DNA of 57,293 nt, filler included, from Sphacelaria rigidula (taxonomy: Eukaryota): the NCBI GenBank assembly GCA_964200075.2. It is 7 parts of 7 records of this genome, joined end to end, with 100 filler letters (N's around TTAATTAATTAA, not from the genome) between each part and the next. Parts side by side here need not be neighbours in the genome. Positions count along the whole stretch, not along the records: positions 49,195 to 57,293 come from CAXNAA020012309.1; 6 more parts are not named here. The stretch is one strand, 5' to 3'. Below, piece by piece: positions 49,400 through 57,293 of the stretch; position 1 is the first letter of the stretch, and every line of letters starts with the position of its first letter. The notes below the pieces were generated by a model. That model made no database searches. It was not told the origin of the DNA and saw nothing but the letters and a program-made list of their open reading frames with translations. The position numbers were made by a program, and so were the translations under genes.

Positions 49400-52300
49400 G
49401 TCTGCCACTGGCGACCCCACATCACGACAGGCTCACGCGGGTAAAAGACGATTCGTCCCCTGTAGTTCCAAGTTGATAGCCCAGACGTCCACGGAGCGTC
49501 GAGCCCCTTCGTAGTCGAGCAAGGTTATTCCACTGTGGATCATGTCCACAGGGAACCCTAGCTTTCCGTTGCTCCTCCACCTCCGGTGGCTCCGGGCAGG
49601 TTCTACTCTTCAACGGTTAAGTGTGTTCAGTTCTTCAACGACAAGCACCTCATAGCACGACCTTCTGCCTCGGCTTTGATTGCTCTACCCAATGCCACGG
49701 CATTCCATGTTTTGTGGGGCAAAACGTAGCTGGTTGCGTTTCGACATATGTGTTCGGACAGGAAGATGTATTTGTGCAAAACGGACGCCAGTCTTCTTTC
49801 GGGCGTCTACGCATTGATGTAGTACCCAACCAGTTATCGAGGTATGCTTCGGCTCCGCTTCCACGTACACCTCTTTTGACGTATACCCCAGCACCAGTAC
49901 CACTTCCCCAAGTGAGGTCGAGCAAAACGTTGATTATCATAGACCAGTTTCAGCTATTGCATTGGTTGTGGCTGCGTTGGATAACGACGCGGAAGCCGAC
50001 ATCCCTCAAATAGTGTTCGGTTGTTTCTAGCCTCAGTAGCGAGCAATGTTTTTCCGACTAAAGAATGACGTTCCACCACACCTGTCACATCACCCTCAAT
50101 CTCAACGGTGCCGGTTGTACCGTAGCGGTCATCGACAAACTTGTAGATGTTCTGATCCGCTATACCGCACGATTGTCCACCTCACCTCTGGATTTGGGTC
50201 GATGCACAATGGCTCCGTTTAAAGTTAAGGTGCTGTAAGGAACGCCCCCCATCGCCACACGCCCGTCTAGCACCAATCCGCTGCTGACTGATCAAGTATA
50301 CGTAGTCGTGGTTAGCTACCCAGCGGCGGAAATCATTCGCGTACGCTTCGAAGACTCCAGGTTTGAGCATGAGTGGGCTGAAACCGAGACTCCGGGTTTT
50401 GGCATGAGTGGGCTGACACCGAAGAAAAACGTCCGGTTGCGCATGAGTGGGCTGACACCTTCTGCCCCGAAAACGGCGCCCGGTGGTTTGCCCCCTCGAT
50501 TCCCCCTCTTCGTTTGTGGGAATGCCAACACCAATGCAAGAACCAGATTTGGATAGGGCCTTTTCCGTGTGGTTTGGATAAGACCCCCGCACAAATGCTG
50601 CCGCCGCTTCGGAGCCCACCGGTCCCCCTTGTTGTTTTCATTGTACAAGTACACGATCTCATTTCTCGTAAAACCAGGGTAAACACGAAAAAAAACAAAA
50701 ACAAGGGAAAATCACGTTTTTTTCTCCCCGCCAAACATTGCGCCAGGACAATTAGCCGAGCTTACGTGCCGCGCAGCAATACATCACCTGTTCCATGATT
50801 GCCCAAGTCGATTCCCGCTGCGGATATCCTCGAGCCCATCGGACGGCGCGGGCACCCATGCAGGATGAAGTGTTGAGCTGGCTTCACATGCAAACTACAC
50901 ATGGATGAGGACGGCACTGTATTTTTCATCCACAAACCCGCGCGGACACCTCAGTCAGGCCGTCCTACCGGTAGATATGTTCGACTGCTCGTTCGAGAAC
51001 CACTGCACGTACGTGCCGATGCTGCCACGACCATGGGTCCTGCACCGGTGCCATTTCAACATTTCGATCAATATGGTCACAACTCGGATGATCTAGTTCT
51101 TCGAACGATTTTACTGGTGAGTAGGTGTAGACCAAAGTGTCTGTTGGTGGGTATGTCGTTGTTTGATTTGTCAGGCGCGCAAAACGTCTCCCTAGTCTGG
51201 GCGTTGGCCAACCATGTCCATGCCGCTCCCCAGTGGGCCCCATGAAGTTATATCTTGAGAGCAATTCGGACCGTTGCCGCTCATGAAAAGTAGCAACAAG
51301 TACATTTTGTTGATGACTGATTGATTCAGTTGTCACTCCGTCATGCATGCCGAACCCCGGAAGTTGTCCGTCGATGGCAAAAAAATTCCGGAAAATTTCT
51401 GCTGCGGTCAGTACACCACTGGGTTTCTATTGCATCTTTGTGAACCCGTACCATCCCCAACCGAACGGTGGAACGGAACGTGTCAGCCATACGATGGCGC
51501 AAATGCTGTCAGCCTTCACAGACGAACGGAAAAACAAATTAGGATCTGTGTGTGCCCTTATTCCCACTGAACTACAACAACTCGGTCCACACCGCCACCA
51601 GGCTTGCACCAAATGAGTTTCACATTGGTCGCATGCCGCGGGTGCCGTTGACCAATTTAAACACCGTAACGTGGGCGATCATCAGAGTTTGGACAGGGAT
51701 ATCAGGGAGTATCAGGACCTTTTGAGTCATCATCTGTGGTTGGCGTATGGTTTGGTGCGCGAGCAAAACCAAATCAATTTGGCAAAAGCGGTTAGTGCCA
51801 ATGCCACGTTGGATGCAGTGATGCATTAGCACCCAGTGTGGAAGATAGGTGCCTGGGCGTGGGTGTACAACGTTGTACAGATGATTCGCCAAGGAGCCAG
51901 CGCGAGTAAGGATTCGCCGGATAAGGTGTTGAAGGCCAAGCTGTCCCTCAATTGGACTGGGCCGTGGAAAATTTTGAGTGTTGGGCCAAGTGCTATAGCA
52001 CCGGATGATCAACCGTCGGGGAAAACCTCTTGTACCTCGATTTCCCCACGGATGAAGCTGGGCCTCCGCAGAAAACCCGCGTGTCTGTCTGGCGCTGTGA
52101 ACCCTGCACCGCTCCGCACGACACCACTGATATGCCCAAACCATTGCCGTTCGGACTCATCCAGTACGTCTTGACGAGGCATGTCATGAAGTCACCGCCT
52201 TTTCATGTCACCCCTGTGGAACGCGTGGTAGTCGATCATATCAGCGGACACCAACTGGTCCGCGTTCGTGGTGGTAAACTAGCAGTGATGTACCAGACGC

Positions 52301-52818
52301 ACTGGAAATGGTTAATCCTGGTCACGTGGGAACGGGAAGTCGACTTGCGGCATTTCCGTAGACAAATTTTGTTGTACTGGGTAGGCGATGTTGCGCAACA
52401 CCGTGCGTTGAACCGAAGATACAGGTCTATGCGGAAAGGGGCGCCGGCACGGGAGCTGGCCCGGGAGCATTCGGCCCGGTTCGTCATGGCTGGCTATAGC
52501 CTTGTTTCGCGTGCGCAATACTTGCTTTCTTTTCGCAGGAAACGTCTACCGAAAGGCGCGTACTTCTGGTACAAGGCGCAGGACTCTCTCTGGGGGCTGA
52601 GCAAGATTCACTTACCAGCACTCGGCTCCGACAACGCCTACTACATCCGTTTCCTAGATGACCCCGGCCCCCTGAAGATTCTTTTGGACGACGCTTACTA
52701 CACTAAAGCACCGTCCGCTCGCCGCGGGTCCTGGTGTCTCCAGCATCATGACGACGGCAGCATAGACGACGCCATCCTTCGGAATACCGACAATTCATGG
52801 AGAGAAGGCGCGACTTGA
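49400..52818 (+). mobile_element. Decayed Ty3/Gypsy retrotransposon pol (RT/RH remnants, integrase, chromodomain)
   Basis: Integrase zinc-finger remnant RFYW.VGVDQSVCWWVCRCLICQARK, core FGPLPLMKSSNKYILLMTD and PYHPQPNGGTERVSHTMAQML, GPY/F-like LSLNWTGPWKIL, chromodomain-like VDHISGHQLVR...MYQTHWKW...TWERE. Many stops and frameshifts; left boundary uncertain. Confidence 0.85.
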
Positions 52819-53379
52819 TGCGTTCTGTCCTGTTTTGTTTTGTTGTTGCTGTGTGTTTGTGTATGTGTGTGTATGCGCACGCCCATTGGCGTGTATGCGT
52901 GTATGTGTATTTGGGTGTATATGGATATGTGTATGCGCATGTGTGTGTACCTGGGCCTGGTCGCGTTTTCATGTCAATCTGGAGCCGCTGCATGTTGTAG
53001 GTCGGGTTGAACTGATTCTGGAATTGTGATGCCCTTTTTCGAGCACATTTGTGTCCCCAGACAAGGTGATACAAGCGCGTTGGCACGAGCGTATTCTTCT
53101 TTTGACCCGTTTCGACAGTTGGCTCGACCCACTGTCATTGCCCGCCGTATGGTTTTTGTGAAGACCCCTCATTGAGGTTTTACATCCAACAACTCACCTG
53201 AAATTGGTGACCTGGTGATATTTTGAGGACGTGTGTGTGTTCATCGTATTGAGTTGTGAGTGGCGAATCTCTCGCAACTTCACTCTTCCGTCCTCGTTTG
53301 GCTCGACGTTTCTGGAGAACAGAGACTACGATTGTAGTCTTTCCCTCCACCGTCGTCCATTTTATGTTGAGCTACCCCT

Positions 53380-54039
53380 TGCACTCGCTCCTTGCTAGCT
53401 GTGAGAGTCTCAACTTTTTTTTTCTCTCGTTCAGTGTTTCGATTTTTCTTGTTCTCGTTCCTGCGTCTCTCCGACCTCACGGAAGCCACAGTCACCAGCG
53501 GTTCTACTGGCCTGTCGGACCCGAGACGCCCCGTCTCTTCTCTTCAACCGAACATTTGCGAAAACGGATGACGATACCTCAAGGGCTTCCTCAGTAAGTG
53601 TTCCTTTATATGACCGGCTGTGTGTTCGACATTTATGCCATCGGATGGCCGATACCCCAAGGGCTTCCTCAGCAAATTGTCATGTGTTGGTGTCTATTAT
53701 ACTTTTTTTTTCTCTCGTTTATTTTCTTTTCTTGTTCTTTGTTCCTGCGTCTCCACGACTCTCACTCCCTCGTGAATTGTTGAACCCGAGACATCCCGTC
53801 TCTTGTCTTCAACCGAACATTTGCGAAAGCGGATGACCGATAACCCAAGGGCTTCCTCAGTAAATGTTACTTTATATAACCGACTGTGTGCTCGACATTT
53901 GTGCCAACGGATGACCGATACCCCAAGAGCTTCCTCAGCAAATTGTCCGGTGTTTTTGGGTATGATGACGGTGGTTTTTGTTTGTCGGCGAGTGCGAAAA
54001 CGGGTGACCACTCCCCGCGGGCTTCCTCAGTACGCGCCG
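53380..54039. repeat. Tandem duplication of about 270-300 bp containing five copies of a 54-nt motif with invariant GCTTCCTCAG
   Basis: Motif copies at 53550-53603, 53628-53681, 53816-53868, 53894-53947 and 53986-54039. Confidence 0.9.
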
Positions 54040-57000
54040 CGCGGCGATTATCGCTGCACGATCCTGGAGCTTCAATCGGTCACTGCTGCCGCTCCGAGAT
54101 CATACACCGCGAGCTCTCTCGTTTGTCTTTCCCACCGGTATGAGTTTTTGCATGCACTATCTCAATGTTGAAAGTGATGTCTTCTTGATCGTTGTGCCTT
54201 AGTGGGCCCCTTGCAACCGATGAACGTGAAATCCTATCGCTAGTGTTGCGCTCCTCCTTGATGTTCGTTAGACTGAGGATGAAACAGCTTCCGTTGCCTG
54301 AGGAATAGTCCGGCTTGAGTGGGCTTCCAGAGTGTTCGTCGTGAGACCATCCGCCTAACGCACAAATGCTATCGGCGGCGCGTATTTGTTTTTATGTTGA
54401 TGGGTTGAATTTGATCGTCCGGGTAACTTGCTTGTCTTGTAGGTTGTGTTGGCAGGCGAAGCGCCTTCCCTGTGTGTACCACAGTCTCGTTGATCGCACA
54501 ACAACAGGCAACCTGCGCCGGAGCTGGACCTCCGTCATTTGACATGCTGCAGCAGTTCCCTTGCTCTTGATCCTTTTCATCGTTTTTTTCTTTTTTCTGT
54601 GGTGTGGGAGATGGTGGTAAAACGTGAGCCTTCGAAGCTCTTCGAGCTTCTGCATGCTCACCTTTTAAAGCGGGCTATTGTTATGGTATTTGAAGGAACT
54701 GGCGTCGATAACGTACGGTGGCGCTGCGTACATCAGATTGGCTGCCGTGGCTCGTCAGCTTGTTGGAAGATGCAGATATACAATGTGTTCTGGATAGTCG
54801 ATGAGAGATACAGTATGACTGAAGTCTGCACATCGAATAATCATGTGCACAATAAAGAGTGTTCCAGGAACGTTCGTTGGATGGAGGACCTCTGCTCTTT
54901 GGTTATTGTATTATGATTTGGTGTGGATATATTTCCTGCGTAAGGTGGTTACACCATCGATCCGAGCGCATCTGAGCTCACTTCATTTTGGGCCCAGGAT
55001 AACATCAGCCTTGCCGCCGTTGCTCTGAGTTTCAAGTGAGTCCTTTCTGGAGAGTTGTGGTCTTGGGGAAACTAATGGCTCCGGTTCGTATTGTGAATTG
55101 GAAAGAGATAATCTAATTTGTTTGTGGGACACCTGGACTCGATTACTGCTGCTGTCACAGTATTGGGCCTGTATTGATTTACTGCACTCTGCTGAGCGCT
55201 TTGCAACCTACCTCTCCCAGCTTGAGCCTCTGTTCGTGAGAACATCAGGGCAAAGGTGGACTGAGACTGCCTTCACCAAGGCGATTTATCCATAAGTTCA
55301 TAGTATATGGGGTTTCAGCTTGTAGCGATCAAGCTCTTGTTGTGTGCTGCCTAGTGCGTTGCAACGTGTTCTTGTCTGCTCCCCTGAGGGTGTCTCCTGC
55401 ATATAATTTTTCTGTGTAACAGCCTGTTTCAGCCCCGCGGCTCAATTTTGTTCTCTTCCCTCGCGCTCCTGTACGCTGGGTTGTCCTGGACTACCGCCTG
55501 CAGCAGGAACACTAGTAGTATTCGAGTGCACTCCTTTGCCGCCTCCATTGAACGTTTTCTGGTCTGTCGTGTCGACTGTTTTGACAGTCGTGCTTATGTG
55601 CATATCTTGCGTGTGCTAGAGCAGTCAGTCGCACTTTTGATACCAAGCGTTTTTCATTTTTCTGATGTGCGGGTGTGCTGTTGTTATAACTGCACGTCTT
55701 TTCTTTTCTCGTCTTTGGAGCTCCTTCCTGTGCGCACGTTCGCCCCTGGCTTCCGCCGACACAAGTAACGATCGTCGCATCAGCGCGCACCTCCACGCTC
55801 GCTATTGTATATAGTGTGCTTTGGTTTTGGGGATTCTGTACAATCTGCGATCGTTCCCTTGCCGTCTACCCCATTTCCGGCGCGAAACAGTACGTGTATA
55901 ACTGGTTTCAGGTCCGTACAAAAACGCCCCAAGCGGGCTGCGAGGTCTGTGTGTACGGAGCACCGAGGATCATCATCGTACGCCACTACACTACCTTCGT
56001 TCACGATGTGCACTCTACACCACTCCCGCCGTTCCATTTCTATATCAGCACCGGCCATATTCCCTTGCCTTCAGTTTGTTTGCGCACGCCTGGAAAACCC
56101 GTGTGTGCAGCACCAGACCCTTCCAGTGTGGGAGTCGCCCTCCATGCGTGCGGAGCAATATATAGTACCTGGTACAGTTTATTTGCTGTACATTGCTCTG
56201 TTTGATTGTTTTTTTGATGCCACGACATCACAGCATCGCTACCCATATTGATGGGTCGTGGTGGGAGAAATTCACCACCCGACCACTTCGCCGCGAACGC
56301 CGAGGTTAGTTTGTGTACGGCACTCTTCAACGGCAGCGCATCGATGCCTTGCTGATATATAGATATGTACATTTTTTTCGGTTCTGTGCAGTAGTCCTTT
56401 TGCTCCGTTCCTACACTCTCTCATGAGAATATGCGGAGTGTCTACTCACTGTCTTTCATATACACATGCGGAGTAACTGCGCACATCTGTGCACGTTCTT
56501 GAGTGGCCTGTTTCCGTGACATATGCACATTGCACACGTTTGTGTGTGCACTTTTGTGTTGTGTCTTGAGGTGGTGGGCCGACGAACGATGAGCCCAATA
56601 GCAAGACACAAGCACCCCTTTCCGGTGTTTCGTGTATGCCCTTGGCAAATAAAGCTACCCCACAACGCAACACACGAGCACAGACGAACCGATTTGTTTC
56701 CTCCCCGATTTCTCACACCAAATTGTATGTGCCCACGCCTGTAGCCTCTGATCGGCAGATGCGTTGCTGCCATGGACGATGCTCCATCCCGAATGTATGT
56801 TTTGTTTCATTTTTGTGTTTTTTTTTCGTGGCAGCGTTGGATGCTGCACTTTTCGGCGTCGCTGTCAACAACTCCCATCTTCTGGTGGGTCTGCTAGAAT
56901 TTTTGAGTGGCCTATTCCCTGTGGCCTGCAAGTTTCCATAGCCCATGCCCGCGGTCGTGATCAAATCGATATCCTGGCCGAAACAGCGACGTTGTGGTTA

Positions 57001-57293
57001 CGAATGCCTTGGTTCCATGTACTCTCCAGTACTGAACTCTCCCTGAACTTTCTGTAGCGTGCAGGGTAACTTAAAACACTGCACTTGGTGGACGAACGGA
57101 AGAATATATTTTTTGTTCTGGTTTTGAAACGCTCTGCACTACAGTACAGTAAATTTGAGACGGGTCGTACCATAGTACATTTCTGTCATGGTTCCGATAC
57201 GGTCCACCAACCCCGCACCACGACCCGTTCAGCGATAGGTGTGCCTGAACTCAACAGGGTTGCCAGAAAAATGAGAACGTATTTTGAAATGAG

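Noticed and set aside
53025-53184. 3' LTR of the Gypsy element (TG...CA)
   Set aside because: No polypurine tract upstream, and no second LTR or TSD in the window to confirm it.
53986-54070. HDV-like ribozyme on the + strand (TTCCTC loop, P4-like GCGGCGA/TCGCTGC hairpin, CGA)
   Set aside because: P2 and P3 pair poorly, the L3 guanine is missing, and the P4-like hairpin follows only one of five copies. Kept only as an alternative to test.
55780-56150. Ankyrin-repeat fragment on the - strand (AGADIE...LAARLG...VIHVLFRAGNGVD)
   Set aside because: Only loose similarity, broken frame and no clear splice sites. A similar weak hint at about 30200-30400 is also unsupported.

Overview
This is not one continuous locus. 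It is seven independent segments of exactly 8099 bp (1-8099, 8200-16298, 16399-24497, 24598-32696, 32797-40895, 40996-49094, 49195-57293) joined by identical 100-nt artificial spacers (N44-TTAATTAATTAA-N44). The DNA is eukaryotic, repeat-rich and has long GT-AG introns. It is probably a brown alga (Phaeophyceae), inferred from gene style and transposon content. Three partial spliced genes can be built by hand: a multi-WSC-domain protein (- strand, 2 exons), an Mpv17/PMP22-family membrane protein (+ strand, last 4 exons) and the C-terminal NBD2 half of an ABCA transporter (+ strand, last 7 exons). The rest is mostly transposon-derived: a decayed DIRS/Ngaro-type retrotransposon with a 27-bp coding minisatellite, a decayed Ty3/Gypsy element with a chromodomain, a pogo/Fot1-like transposase fragment, tRNA-derived SINEs, several MITEs, a solo LTR and an unclassified high-copy repeat. 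The strongest leads are (i) five covarying copies of a hammerhead-like three-way-junction motif next to a possible Penelope-like relic, (ii) a 195-bp TGT...ACA element with a 5-bp TSD, a paralogous empty site and telomere-like internal repeats, (iii) a shuffled, short-intron, CxxC-containing gene module repeated in both orientations, and (iv) a possible Tudor-like domain behind the Gypsy chromodomain. No database searches were run; family calls rest on motif recognition.
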